The position numbers and the translations under genes are program-made. DNA of 64,000 nt, taken from the NCBI GenBank assembly GCA_965178125.1, contig OZ237755.1:248001-312000 (forward strand), written 5' to 3'. Of this stretch, positions 49,072 to 62,837 are shown piece after piece; position 1 is the first letter of the stretch; each line of letters begins with the position of its first letter. A model generated the notes under the pieces. It ran no database searches. It saw nothing but the letters and a program-made list of their open reading frames with translations, and was not told the origin of the DNA. Source of the stretch: Bilabrum cf. latius (Eukaryota).

Positions 49072-51885
49072 TCAGCCCAGCACGCGCCAGATCGCGCGCG
49101 GTTTCCTGCCAGTCTGCAGCACGCTCGCGTCCCAGCGACCTTCTCCTCCAGTCGTCACGGTGCGATTGGTGCTTGGCCCCGCCGCGACAGCGTCGCAGCC
49201 AGATGCTTCGGACCCCTCGGGCCTCGGGTCGAAGCTCCCGTCCGGCCGGAAGGCACCGCAGTGCTCGCCTTTCCACGCCCGCTCGGCCATCGCAATCAAC
49301 GCGTCCTCCTGCGCTACCTGCTCTTCCACGCTTGCTGCGCTCGCACGTGCAAGCGCTTCGCTTACCAGAGCGAGGGCATGTGCCACTGGCCAGTGAACAG
49401 ACCTCTGCTTGGCCTCCTCGACGGCCTCGGGCACCAGCAGCTGCGGGTCTGGCCTATTTGCTCGGCTAAATCTGTTGCCTTTGGTTTTCCCTGTATTAAA
49501 TTCTTCTCCCAGCCAAGTCCCCTTACCCTGCGGTCGGTACACCTGGTACGAGAGGCCTTCTGCTGCCGCGCCTATATCGCTAAAGTACCCGTTAGGCAAC
49601 TGGTAGGTTTGGATCTCGATCGCAGCGGAACCGGCGCCGCGCATCCACAGCATGTTGGACAGCTCGTTCCCGTGCACGGTCACCAGCACGTCGGCCGCCC
49701 TCACGAGCCGCACCTGTTCGTGGAAATCGAATCGGCCCAGGGTGCTGAGCCTTACGTCGAGCACCACGGGCTGCAGCCGAGTGCGCGGACCCTCTCCTTG
49801 GGCCCTTCCTGCCTTGAGGATCGCCTCTGCTCGATTCCTGGCAGCCACCAGCTGTGACTACGTCGCTTGATCGTCTCCCTGTGTCTCGTTTGCAAGGGAC
49901 CAGGGCACGCGGGTGGGCAGGACGAGATCCTCGGGGGCAATGCCCAGCACTGCACCGACAGTCTGGTGTAGATTGCTCTGGCTCCTGTGGAGGCTTGGGC
50001 GGTACAGCCACAGCACACGGATTACTCGAGGAGGCGGCAGTCCACCTGGCAACCCATCAGCTGCAGGTACATTCACTCCAGCAGTATTGTCCCCAGCTTG
50101 CTCTCCCCACTGCTGCAGCCCATCCGGCCCCGTCCATGCGGGCACCGCAACATTCAACGCATCCGTGTTCCCCACCGGCCCGGTGCTGCCCCCCCTAGGC
50201 ACGGCCCACACCCTAGACCGGAACAAGGATTCCAGCTCCGGGTCCATCCCGGGCACGAACCCGCCAGCCGCCAGCGCCCTCCAGCCCCCCCGCCTCGTGT
50301 CCTCCAGCACGCACACTGGTGCTGCCGCAGCTTTGCGCCACGCAGCCAGACGGGCCACGGCCATCGTGCGCCTCCTGATTTGAATCGGAGTGTACGGAAT
50401 GGGAACTGCCGGCGGCATCCCGAAGTGCGTCCGGCCCAGGCACAGCACGCCCCTGTCAGCCTCGTCGGGGTCGCCCTGGTATGCTCCCCCGTCACCGCAA
50501 ACATCGCCGTGCCCACTGTCAGTCCACAGTGGGGTGCCAGGCATCACGATCGCAAAGCGTCGGGCAACGAATAGGTCATTCACGAGCTTCTCTGGTGGCT
50601 TGCCCCAGCGCTTCTCGGCTGTGGACAGCTAGGACAGTCTAGCGAGGGGATCCACAGCTAGCTCCACCTCCTTGCCTTCAGCAGGAGCGACGGTGGCCAG
50701 AATGTCCGGCCAAGAGTCCCATTCCGAGATCAGCATCGTATGTTCCCCGAAACCGTCCGCAGGCCAGAGCGTCCTTGCTCCAGCACCGGCATTCGGCGAG
50801 AGAGGGATATCAAAAAACATGGGGGCGAGGACCAGCGGCCTGGGTGCACCAAGATTGAGCCAGTGGTCGAGAGTGGGCAGGTATCCGTTGGGCAACCAGT
50901 GGGCGAGGTGATGTCCCGCGTACCAGTATGTCCTGAGAACGGTAGCGGCGGACAGGTCTGGTGTCGGTCCAGCTTGCCTGCCATCCCTTGAACTAGCTTC
51001 ACCAGCTGCACCTTCGCCGTCCCCGTCCTCAATGGCCCCAGGACGAAGCGCAGCGATCGCAGGCCGCCGCAAGCGCTCCTCCATCAAGTGGTCCCGATAG
51101 AGTGCCGCAGTGTGCACATCAAGCCGCAGTCCCTCCCTCTTCGCCTCAGCCCACCACGGAGTGTGCGGGAGTGGACCTCGCAACCGTGCGTCTGCGTGGG
51201 CTGCTGAGGCCGGCGGGTCCAGCTGTCTCCTTGCTCCGATTGCCACGGAGGAGTGAAAGGTGCACAGCATGTTCGGCAGCTCTCCGGGTGTGATCCTGTC
51301 CGCCTAGCGCTGGTCGCCGTCTGCCACGTTCGCAAGTGCCGCGCACAGCGGCATCGGTGCGGTGGTGGGACCGTTCATCTCGCGCAAGGCTGTTGCAGAT
51401 ATGTCTTCAATCATTGACGCCGCGGCGAGGTGATGCATTGAAGCTTTCCATAGAGTGGCCGGGCTCGCAGCCACAGATTCAGAGCCTCGAGGCTTGAAAT
51501 GAGACGGCACAAGCAGCGAGACTGGCTCACCAAATTGCTTACTAGAGTACTGCCCTCTTACAACAGGCCTGCTTTCTGCATTGCGCGTGTCAAGTTCTGG
51601 AATGCGAACTGTGAGTACGTTCAGGTTCACGCCTGCAAATGGTCGCGCAACAAGCCTAGAGTCTATGATGGAACCTGCTTGCCAACCACGAAGTGTTGAT
51701 ACTAACTGCACCACAACTTGAAGTGACCACGGAACGAATAGAAGCATGTGGTACACGCAGAGAAGAAATATCATCACGCCAAGCATGCTCGTCCAAGGAT
51801 TCACGGCAAAACGTGTGGGGTTCCAGCCGACGTTCAAAAACACATTGCGTCTGCGATGAGATCTTTTCTTGAAAGACCTCGCCAT
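49072..51885 (-). CDS. Type II membrane glycosyltransferase, family GT61 (DUF563)-like
   Basis: Basic N-terminus followed by a TM helix; HHLAHWL, VLWLYR...R...N, FHEQVRLVRAADVLVTVHGNELSNMLWM...AIEI. TAG at 51304, 50629, 49858; ends TGA. Confidence 0.8.
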
Positions 51886-52233
51886 GATGATGCGCTGTCA
51901 GTTCGTTAAGCGAAAACCGAGATTGGGTCAGTTGGCATCACTAGTCGGGGTTCCTAATTGTACTTCTCTTCATTCCCGCTTGCACAGCAAGAAATATGAG
52001 AAGTGATGGAACCGGCGGCGTCGGCGGTCGCAACCCGAACCATTTCAATTGTACATGGCGAAGAGCTAGTTTGCCCTACCTCTGATACAATTCAGACGAC
52101 AAGTCGAATAAACTACACACCTTTGATCACCGGTTGTCCGTGCTATAATTTGAGGGCATAGGCAAGAGTGACGACTCGGTCAACACCGTGCGGAACCAAC
52201 GGCTCGCAATTGTGAGGCCTTGTATACTCTCTA

Positions 52234-53688
52234 ATGCAGGCCGTCTCATCTCTCTCGGCGGCATTGCAAGAAAAATATGGAGATAATACGAGCACAGAAC
52301 CAGGCGATGGGGTGGTGTTTTGCCTGCCGGTCGCGCCAATCCACAAGATTAAGGTGGCGGTAGTATCAGCTAAAAGAATCACCAAGCTGGCAGATGAGCT
52401 GCTCAATGCAACCTCGTTGCAAAGTCTAGATGTTTCAAGGAATGATGTATCGGAATGGGATGATATCAGCTAGCTTCTCTCGCGCCTGTCGCGTCTCCGA
52501 GTCCTGAACTTAGCCGACAACCCGAGACTTGCGGACTCAAAGCCTTCCTGCAAGTTTGCGCCAGCTGAAAGGTTATAGGAGCTCATACTAGACGGAATTA
52601 AGTTGTAGTGGCAGGTGCTGTTCTGCAGCATAGGGCAGATCGGGCCCAACCTGCGTGTTCTGTCCCTGCGACGGTGCTGCATGGGAGACACGCCGGCGGG
52701 CGAATTGACGCCCTAGGAATGGCACTCCAAAGTTCATGCAATTGCACGCCTTCAGGCTTTGCTTCTAGACGACAACGCCATCAGCGAGTGGGGAACTGTG
52801 CGACTGGTGTGTCGTTTGATCCCGTCCATTCGAGAGCTGTCGTTGGCAAGCAACCAAGGGCTCTGCCCGCCAGCCTTGTCAAGTGAATCTGTCTCACCAC
52901 TAGATATAGAGCGCGCCGATGATTTATTGAAGGCGGCGACGGGCGCCTCCAGCGGTGCGGGACACGCCCGGTCACGCGACGAAAGGGGAGGCCCACTTGC
53001 GATGACCGCAGCAGCCGGCACCTGCTCATCCCAACCTACAGGGACAGAGACAGAACCTGCCAGGACGGAGGCGAAAAGTACCGAACCACAGAAACTGGCT
53101 GCCTTGGAATCCTCTATTCCTGTGGAGAAACTCAACTTGTCTGGCACGGGCCTCCGCGACTGGGAGTAGCTCCGTTCCCTGCAGTGCATTGCACCCAATC
53201 TCAGGGACCTCCGCCTCCGTGACGTGCCCCTAACGAAGGAACTCTCCACCGACATCGCCCGCATGCTGGTCATCGCGTCCCTGCCCTCTGTGTTCGAGGG
53301 CGGCAGCGGCATGCAGACGGTGGGCTCCGAGACGTGCGGGCGGCTCAATGGAGGGGCCGTGTCGCGGTCGGAGCGGAGTGATGCCGAGGTGTTTGCGGAG
53401 AAATTCTGGTCCGGAGAGTGGGCGGCTCTTAAGAAGAGCATCGACGCGGAGAGGAGGAAGCTGCTCGGTTCCAAGCTGGACGGAGCAGGTGCTCCGGGGA
53501 GCAGCGAGCAATCCAGTGGGGCCAGTGACCCTCCCGCTGCCAGCGGTGGTGCTGCAGCCGGAGGAGCACAAGCTAGTTCGTCTAGAGCAGTAAAAGGGGA
53601 CGGTGGGGACGTGATTGCATCGTCAATGATGCCTGCCTCCAGCGTTTTTGGCACCAAGCACGTCCAGGATCTTGGCCGGCTGGGGTGA
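52234..53688 (+). CDS. Tubulin-folding cofactor E / TBCE-like LRR protein (no CAP-Gly or C-terminal Ubl seen; ends uncertain)
   Basis: LQSLDVSRN.VSEW, LRVLNLADN, L(TAG)ELIL, LLLDDNAISEW, LNLSGTGLRDW, ARMLVIASLP...LNG..V...ERSDAE. TAG at 52471, 52576, 52606, 52714, 53167; ends TGA. Confidence 0.72.
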
Positions 53689-54090
53689 AGCAGACACACA
53701 AGTAGGGTTACGGCAGTTGCCGCGGCGTGCTAGGGTCGGTGTTTAGCACACGTGTCCTTGCCTGCATTGCTTTTTTGCTGAACACATTCACGTTGTACTG
53801 CACGATATTGCCTACTGCAAGTGCAATGCACGCTTGTGCTTGGAGTGCGTTGTATCCTGCCAGTAAACCAGTTCATCTAAATCATGAGGAAGCTGTATCG
53901 CGTGCATGTTGCATCATTAGAGCAATTTTATCACTGCTCAGCGCGGAGGACGGCTAAGATCTTTTCGAAACCTATGCGGACCGTAGGTGGAACCCCGCGC
54001 TTGCGTTTTGCGATTGTAGATCGCGCAGACAAACGAGCTTGTTCCAATGCGTCAGTGTCTCCAAACAAATTCATTTCTAATGATTTTATT

Positions 54091-56295
54091 ATGGGGAAGT
54101 CTCGCCCTTGGTGGGTCTCGGAATCTGGAGAGACTGACGATGACACCAAGATTCGAGCAGAGTACAATTACCAGCTGCGCCGTCTGTACTCCAAGAACTT
54201 GTTCTTGCGTGTTAAACTAGGGCTTCGTAATATAAGAGCAATGGACCGAGTGCTAGGCATGCCCCATCGAAGTTACGATGTCGTGCACGTCGCTGGTACG
54301 AACGGCAAGGGCTCGGTTGCACTCAAGGTGGCACAAGCTTGCCGAGTTGGATCAAACAAGACCAACTCACGACCATTAGTAACAGGACTCTTTACATCGC
54401 CCCATGTTGCGAGTTTTAGAGAGAGGGTGCGGGTCTAGGGCAAGCCATGGACTATGCAAGAGGCTACTGCATGCCTGCAAGCCGCCGAGGCAGCTGCAGA
54501 GCGTGCCGACGTGCCAGCGACATTCTTTGAATTGGTCACAATGGCTGCTCTTTTGGCCTTCAGGCGAGCCGGGTGTGATGTCGTGGTGCTAGAGTGCGGC
54601 CTTGGGGGCAGGCTGGACGCAACATCGGTGGTTCGCAACACGGCTGTTGCGAGCGTGGTCTCGGTTGGTCTTGACCACGTCGCGGTCCTGGGACCTACAC
54701 TCAGTGATGTGGCCAGAGAAAAAGCAGGCATATTCAGAAAGAACGCGCCCGATGCGGTTCATGTGCTAGGGGCCAAAGACGGTGATGCTGTTGATGCTAC
54801 CGCTGCCTAGCCAGCACGAGGCGGCAGCAGCGCGGCTCGTGAGCCAAAAGAAAATACAGTCTTGCCAGACTCCGATGGCGGAGTGCGTGCAGCAGTCATT
54901 GGGCCCGGTTCGTGCTCTGGCCTCCTACAGCAGCTAGCGAGGGATGCAGGCGTGGAGAGGATCCGGGTGGTGGGAGGAGGAGTTGGTGGACGTAGCAGCG
55001 ATATGCTGGAGGCTGCATCATCAGTGCATGGAGGCGCGAGCGGGGCAGACCACGCATCGGAAGAGGTAGAGGTTGAGTACGCCCCCGAAGATTACGACTA
55101 GATCAACTCCGAGGTTGCGCGGGCAATCGTTGAGGAACTTGGGGAGGTTACCAGCCTCAAGCTGCCGGCCGGCAAGGAGCTCGATCGAGCTCTCGAGGCT
55201 AGGCCGGCCGGCCGCTTCGAGGTGTTGAACCTACACGTAGATCAAGTCGAGCTGCTTGCATCCAACGCTGATGATACCGCCCCCGGACGCGGGCTACATG
55301 GCGGCTCGGCCTCCAAACCAACCAGCGTGCAGGTGATCATGGACTCGGCGCACAATCCCGTGGCTAGCCGCAGTCTAGTTAAGCTGCTCATGGCTCGATT
55401 CCCTGACACATTCCCGAGGCCACCTCAGCCTGCGCATGGTGATAATACCGTTGAAGTATCCGCGCGAACCCCTGCAACTCCTCGCCGACTGGTGCTTGGC
55501 TTGTCGAGCGACCGATCGCCTGAGGACATGCTGCGCGCGTGGAAGGGAGTTGTTCACCAGGACGAGCTCGTGTGCTGTGAAGCGGACTCCACTCGGGCAG
55601 CCAGTGCGGCGTCAATCGCAGCCAGCGCTCGGGAAGTACTCGGACGTCGATAGTCCAGTCCGGCTGGGGCCGGTCCAGTGGCTATACCGAGGCAAACCAG
55701 CTCTGTGAGCACGAGCCAAGGGGATAAAGAGTAGGTTGACAGGTAGATGCAGGCCCGAGAGGAGCATCTAAAGAGACTGCGAGAGGCGAGAGAGGCAGCT
55801 GGCCCTGGTCGAGCCCGGGGCAGGCATGAGTGGGAAGGTGCAGAGCCACTGCCAGCCAGTGACCCCAAGAGGGTCGCAGCGGGATTGTCGACCGACGGGA
55901 TCGGAGCGAGGTATAGAGAAGGACCAGGATCAGGAGCTTGGACTGGTAGCCATCAGGGAGGTGATACGGTGCAGGAATGGGAGGAAGCTGGTCGCAGAAT
56001 CGGAGGCTCCCGCGGTGCTAGCGGTCTCGTTCGGGCAGCAGGTAGCTCCGTGGCATCTGCAGTGGACAATGCAATCCGTGATGCCGTGGCGGAATCGACA
56101 TTAGAGGCCGAGAAACACGGTGTGCCGCAGCGTCCGCCCGTTGTGGTCATTGCAGGCAGCGTGTATCTGCTGGCAGAAGCACGCGGGGCCCTCCTCCGGC
56201 GAGCCCTAGATGCCAGGCCGTGGGAATCGCAGTATTAGACAGACGTGGCAGAGGCGCTCCTGGGGGAGGTGGAGCCTGATGACGTCGTCAAGTGA
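54091..56295 (+). CDS. folC: Dihydrofolate synthase / folylpolyglutamate synthase
   Basis: VHVAGTNGKGS, FTSPH...RERVRV(TAG)G, TFFE, LECGLGGRLDAT, GLDH..LG.T...AREKAGI, PAGRFE, DSAHNP, AGSVYL. 7 in-frame TAG; TGA 56293-56295. Frame is also open upstream to ATG 53884. Confidence 0.93.
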
Positions 56296-56410
56296 GCTAA
56301 ACCAGCAAAGTGGAATGAAACAGAACAGCAATGAATATAGACAGTGTTGCCAAGGTGGTATCACCCCATGGTTGCAGCAATGCAGACACACACGTGGCCA
56401 GGTCATTCAT

Positions 56411-59400
56411 TCACTGCCTGGGCTTCAATCGAGGCGCCTTAAATCCGCCCTTGCCGAATCCAACGATGGGCCCCGCCATAGCCTTTGCGCGCATCCTGAT
56501 GTCCTGCTTGCCAGGCGCGAGCTTGATCCCTTGCGCCGACGTGCCAGCAGCGGACGAAGTGCCTTGGGCACTCGCGTCTGTCAGCACTCCCCCGCCGGCC
56601 TTGCGCAACCTCCGACGCTTTGCCGCGGGCTTGCCGTCCACGCCATCAGCCTTCGTACCGGCTGTGCCGGTGGCATCCACAGGGGGTGAGTTCTCAGAGC
56701 TGGCAGCAGACTAGGCAGACCCGGCTCCGGACGGAGCATCTCTTGCTGCTGCTGCCTCCGCCTCTGCCCTCTTGCGCTTGGAGCCAGGCGAAGGTTCAGT
56801 TGCACCACTGGAGGATGCAGCCAGCGCGCCACTCGCGAGGTCAGCCAGCTCGTCGGCGGTGAAGAGCACGGCAGGCTCGCTGCTCGATGAAGCTGAAGTG
56901 GCCGACTTTGCGGTCTTTTGGGAGGCTTTCTTATTGCCTTCTTGGACCGGCTTGGAGGTGGCTTTCTTGGCAGTTAGCTTGGCCGTTTTCTTGGATCCAG
57001 CCTGCGCCCGTCCTTCCTACTGCTGTTTTGCTCGCTTTCGCCTGGATACCTTGCCCTTGGCAGCTGATGGCGCGACTGCATCACTCTTGCCCGCGCTCCC
57101 AGATGCCGTTGAGCTGGCAGGCGTGGGGAGCTCATCGATGGCCCTCTCAACAGCGGATTTGGCAGACTTGGCGGTCGCAGACTTGGTCCCGCTCGATGCA
57201 GAAGATACCGTGCTGCTGCTGCTGGTGGCACGTTGCTGCTTTGCTTTTCCTTTAGCCTTCTTTCCCCGCGCTGCCTTGCGCTCCTGCCGCTTGAGCTCAG
57301 CACGGTACTGAAGCTCCGCCTCCCTCTCCCCCTCCTTCTCTTTCTTCGCCAGCTCGGCCTCTTCACTCACCTCCTCCACGGGCGCTGCATCACTGCCGGT
57401 GCTGGCGCCCGATGCCTCTGGGTGCCACGATGCATCGGACGATGCGCTTCCGCGCCGGCCGTGCGCGTCCACCGCCCGTCGCGGAAGGGACGGACCAGAG
57501 CTCGCTTTCGACTCGCTGTCGTGCGAATCTGCCCTCGCCGGCCGTCCCCTCGACGGCTTGCTTGCCTTTGGTGCTGCTGCTTTCTGATCGGCTGAGCGAC
57601 CAGTCCGTCCACGCTTGCCTCCCGCTCCCGTCACCTTGCCCCGTCCTCGTCCTTTCGCCCCACGGTCCTCATCCTCACCCCTTTGGCCCATGGCCACCGC
57701 GTCGTTCACGCCCGCAGCCCTGTAGACCTGCTTGATCCCTCCAAAGGCGCGCTCCATCCCTTGCACCTCGCCCGCGTGCCTCGCTCTGGCCTCTGCCAGC
57801 GCCACCGCGAGGTCAGCCCGCTCCTTTTCCTCCCGTCGCACTGCCTCCTCGCGGTCCCGCGCGTACTTTTCCAGCTCGGCCACGGCCTCCTTGGCCTCGG
57901 TGTTGATCTGCTCCCGCTCGGTGCGCTCCCGGCCTGCCTGGTCCAGAGCTGCGATGGCCATGCGCCGCACCGCTCGCAGCTGCGCCGACACTAGCCGCAG
58001 CGCGTGCTTGGCCGCGGAGTGCTCCGAGGCCATCATGCGCTGCTCGGCCGCCCGCAGCAGCCGCGAGGACCTCTCCCTCATCCATCTAGCTCCGATGAGG
58101 GCAGCGTCCGTCCGGTCCCTTGAGGCATAGTACGCATCGATGGCCCGTTTCCTTTCTGCTGCTACCTTTTCCTGCTCGTGGGCCTCGTGCAGCTGCTGCA
58201 TGTCCTGGCGCAGCGCCTCCTGCGCCTCCCTCGCCCTCTTCTGCTCCAGGTCATGCGTCCTGACGGCCTCGTCCATCTGTTCGACCGCTTCTGCGTGCTT
58301 CTGCCGCGCGAACTTGGCGTCATCAAGGGCGCGCTGCAGGCGACCTAGGAGCTCCGGCTCGGCTTGCTCCTTGGTTGTCTCCAGCTCGGCCCGCAGATCT
58401 TCCATGATTTGCTCCTGCTGGGCCTCTGCGGCTGCCCGCCCTCTTGCCTCGCCCGCTGCTGCCGCCTTCTCGGCGTTCACGGAGGCCTACCTGATCTCGA
58501 GAAGCAACTTGTCGATGCGAGCCTGCGCCTGCTCCTGCTCGGCCTTGAGCGCCTCCTGCGCCTGAGTCCTGGCTTGTGCCGCCGCGGACTCCCTGGCCTA
58601 GTCCAGCTCCATGGCGCTCGGGCCGGCGAGGGCCGGCGAGGTAAGGATACCCGCATCAGCCACGGTGCTGGCAGGCTTGATAGCCGGCGAGGAGGACCCA
58701 GCCGATGATGATGCAGCGACTGCAGCGGGTGACTTGCGCGCAGCCGCCACGCCCACGTCCTGCGCGAGCGCCACTTGTCTCTGCTTGGACTTCCCAGGTG
58801 GTGTCGCGGCGACGATGCCGGCCCTGGCCGCGTCGATGGCTGCGATCAGCTCTTGTTCCTTGCCGGCGCTCTAGTGGATCAAATCGTCAATACGGGCCTA
58901 AAGCCGAGCATTCTCGGCCGTGGCAGCCTCCTTGGCCTGCGGGGAGCGGCAGCAAGGGCAAGAGGATGCGAATGTAGGCGTGCATCTCGAATCAGAAGCA
59001 ATTGAAGCAGCAGGCTGGAAGCATAACGGCACATTGAGAGCTGCCTATCATTTGACATGTACACCGCCTAATCTCACGGCTCTGGCAGCCTGCAGCTCCA
59101 TCGTCTTGCTGTCCACCGCGCACCTGAGCTCTTCGAGTTCTCGAGCACGGCGCGCCTCCTCGCCAGCGTCCGGCACGCCCTCCAGGTGAGAGGTTACTGA
59201 GTTTCGGATGGCGCGAGCCCTCTCGGCGTACATGAGGGATGTGAGAGTCTGCCTGTAGTGCGCTTGCGTGCACCGGGCGTGCACGAGCATCACGGTGCGG
59301 GCCGATCCACCGAGCGAATCCCTGCGAGAAAGTGTGCGTAGGAATGGAATGGATTGCACCGAGCCATAGCGGTGTCTACTGCGGTCTGCCGGGCAACGAG

Positions 59401-61159
59401 GGCCAACTGCACTGATGTAACAGGACGCAGCGTCTAGCTCAATATGCACACGAGATAGCTCACCGAAGCAGGTGCGTCAGCTTCGAGTTGCGGTAGGGCA
59501 CCACCCACGCATCCCTGCTCTTGGTGGCGAGCGCGGAGAGAACGTCAGCTGCGAGAGAGAGCGATCAGAAAACGGGACTGGACGGGGCTGGACACGAAAC
59601 ATGCAACCCGCAACGATCAACGGCAAGCGGATAAGACATGAGGCACATGCAAGGAAGTGAGCTCCCGCTCATGCCTGCCTCTACAGTCTCACCCAGCACG
59701 GTGAGGCTCAGGTTGATGGCCTGGGCCTCGCCCATCAGACGGTCGTCTTCCAGGGCACCGCTCATGGACAGTCGCTCGGAGCCCGCGAGATCCACCACGA
59801 ACAGTCTCCCATGCCGGCGGGGGTTGCGCTTCCGGGCCGAGGCCGGGCCGGAGGAGGATGCGGAGCTCGGTGCCGCGCCGGCGTCGCTGCCGTCCACGCG
59901 CTCCCCAACGACGTCCAGCGCGATGATTGCGTGCGACCTCGATGAATGTTCGTTGAGGTTCGTGCACCCTGTGGCCCTGTTCTTGTTCCCTCTGGCGATA
60001 AGCGCCAGCGCCTCCTCGGCTGTCTCGACCGCCTGCCTCAGCGTGGCGCTGCCCTCGAGATACACGCCCTGGGAGCGAGACTCGCGGATCGAGATCTTCG
60101 GGCCTTTCGAGGCCTAGCCAAGGTCCATGGACACGCCAGCAGCGGCAGCAGAGGCAGCCACAAACGCGGGCGAGTCGGCCAGCAGGTCCTTGAAGCTGTT
60201 CTTGTACAGCTCCACGTACGAGAGCTCCACGCTGTAGCGCATGTCAGGGCGCTCGGAAGCGCGCGCGAACACTGTCTGGAGGGTGCGCTGCAGGACGCCG
60301 GATCCTGCTCCTGGGAGTGCGGCCGACATTCCAGCGGACTGATGGCCAGCGGCTGCCTGCGCCTGCAGGACCCTGGGGTCGTCAGGCGACAGAGCCGGGT
60401 CGGTGCCTGAACAACCCATGATCGTGTGCGTCTTGCCGGACCCAGTGGACCCATACGCGAGCACGGTGGCGTTGTATCCTGCCAGCACGGACTCAACGAG
60501 CGGACGCACTTGCGAAAATACATCCAGCTGCGTCGCTTTTGGACCAAACACTCGATCGAACTGGAACGAGCGCGGCCTCATGCGCGACTGCAACAACTAG
60601 ATAAGACAAAATGAGGCGAGCCACGAAAGGAAGTACGAGGTGGCACAAAGACCGGCCCTTTCGCGTGAATGCCGAAGCAGTTCAAAGTGGATGGTGGCTT
60701 CTCACTGGAGTCTACATGGGAGCGGGAGTTCCGGCAGCCCTTGATCGCGCTGATCGTGGCGTGGCAGCTTGAGATCGAGATCTGCGGAGATTGCACGAGC
60801 AGCTGTCACAATGTATTTTTTAAAAATTCAGGGCGGGGCGTACGGACAGCGTTGTCCGTAAATCGTGACGAATCTCACGAAAATGTCAATCTCCTGCTGC
60901 CGGGGGTGCCGGGAGTCCGTGCCCCTCCAAGGCGCTGGCGACGACTGGGAGTAGCTGCGGCGGTCTTTCGCCTAGCACTCCCTGGAGCAAGCAGCCTGGA
61001 ATCTGCAGATAGGTCATCCACCGAGGGCGGGTTCAGTTGCACAGTGCAGCCATCATTGGCAGGCTCAAGCAGACTTGATTCTCTCAGCTCTACCTCCGTC
61101 TCGGAGAGTGGTCGAAGTCTAAGTAAAACTTGTATGTTCTGGGCCGATGTTGTGCTCAT
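56411..61159 (-). CDS. N-terminal-motor kinesin with coiled-coil stalk and basic tail; complement(join(56411..58936,59078..59321,59464..59548,59693..60587,60706..60781,60879..61159))
   Basis: VLLRLRP, FQFDRVF, GYNATVLAYGSTGSGKT, SYVELY, NEHSSRSH, VDLAGSER, INLSL, PYRNSKLTHLL, DSLGG. Five GTGAG...GCAG introns with consistent phases. 8 in-frame TAG; ends TGA. Confidence 0.93.
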
Positions 61160-61317
61160 TTTACGAGCAGGACTCGGCTAGTATACCCTCAAGTCTCGAG
61201 GCCACCAACGGTTCCGAATTTTTAAATCGTTTTTATCACCTTATAATTTATTTTCGCTCCGAATCTTGAGACCCAGCGTCAAGCAAAGCGTGGAATAGCC
61301 CTGATTTCGTTGGAAAT

Positions 61318-62655
61318 ATGATTGCCTTGAAGATGGTTATCCCGCATACACTATTATCAATAGCGTATGCTGCGATTGCAATTTGTGTTCCGACATTTTC
61401 TGTCGGACCATCGCCGTGGTACGCGTTATTAGCTGTCTGGCCCTCACTTTCTCATTTGTCGTTCTCTGCGCTGTATTTGGCGCCATAGGCCACTGTTGGG
61501 TGGATCGGGAAAGATATAGATTCTGGTTCCATGGCAATATTGCCAACGTTGTGGTTCTTTCCACCTCATTTGGTGCAGTGGCTTACTTGGGCAATTCGAC
61601 ACACAACATGCATACCGTTGAAAGGAGAGCATCCATACGACAGAGTTGGACCAAGTGGGCGAATATATGTAGGGCGATATCCAATGAGGTACCCTTCAGA
61701 GTTTCCAGTTGATGACTGCAGCTCTGTGGTAGACTTGACGGCTGAGTTCCCGGCGCGAGATGCGGTCATCAACGGCAGGACGTACCTGTGCCTGCCTTCG
61801 CTGGATTGCGAAATGCCCCCTCGGGACGAGCTACTGAAACTGGCCAGGCGCGTCGCTGACATGCGTGGGAAAACGTACGTCCACTGCGCCAATGGCCACG
61901 GGAGGAGCGCATGCCTGGCCGCGCTGGTGCTCATGATTCGAGGAGAAGCGACCGGTTGGAGGGACGCCTTCGTAATCATGAGAAAAACCAGGCCGCAGGT
62001 GAACATTTAGTCTCCCCAGGAGAACATGCTGCAGAGCATAGAGGACGAGCTGGCCAGGAAGAGGCTCCTGCCCGCCAGGGAGGCCGCGATGACGAGGGCT
62101 GTGCGCGGCGCCGACGCAGTTCCGCATGGCGAAGACGCCATCGAGCTTTCTTCGCATGTCGCGGCCGGAGCCGCTGCCCCGAGGGATGGAAGCACAGCAG
62201 AGAGGGGGGGGTCGGCGAAGCAGGGACAAGGCCCCCAGACGCCACCCCAGGTGCCCCCGCTGAGGGGTCGCTCCAAGGGATCCAACGCAGACTCGGAATC
62301 AGATGCGGGAGGCGCTGCGAGTCCCGGGTTGCGCACACTCCTGCCGCACAGTATGCCGGGGGTCGATCGGGGCCCGGCGGCTGCGGCATCGGGTGGCTTG
62401 CCTGTCGCTACTAGCGGTGCGGGTCGGTCGCGCGGAGGCTCACTCACAGTGGTTCCGGCAGTGCGCCTGGACAAAGCGGGCCAACGTGGTGCCGGTGGTA
62501 GGGTTACTCACCACGGCGATGTTACGGTGCAGGTGTCTGCGAGGAGGGGAGACACCAGCAACGGAGGCGGAGGGGGAGCGGGGAGCAAAGGGGGCGAGGC
62601 GGGCATCGTGCGGCGGCTATCGCCCAGGTCCCACGCCTCCCCGAGAGAAAATTGA
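61318..62655 (+). CDS. Membrane-anchored dual-specificity protein phosphatase (YnbD C-terminal-like)
   Basis: Hydrophobic N-terminus, IYVGRYP, VVDLTAEF, YVHCANGHGRS (CX5R), RPQV. TAG at 61486 and 62008; ends TGA. Confidence 0.85.
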
Positions 62656-62837
62656 GAAAAAATGAATTCGCAACTTCGCTGTAGACCCTATCAGAACCAC
62701 GGGGGGATTATTTGCGCGTTGAACAGCTAAAGCCGAAGTGCATATAAGCAAGCAACAAGCAGCAATCCTCCTGAGCCAAATCCAGTGGCAGCCAGACTCT
62801 CCCGCCTTAGGAGGTCCAGACGGGGTGGAGCGGCAAA

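Noticed and set aside
3146-58565. Long antisense and alternate-frame ORFs in the track (e.g. 3692-4864, 20278-21675, 35345-36709)
   Set aside because: Shadows of GC-rich coding sequence; no motifs, and they overlap well-supported genes.
60841-60860. Inverted repeat TACGGACA-gcgt-TGTCCGTA in kinesin intron 1
   Set aside because: Single 8-bp stem; could occur by chance and has no supporting context.
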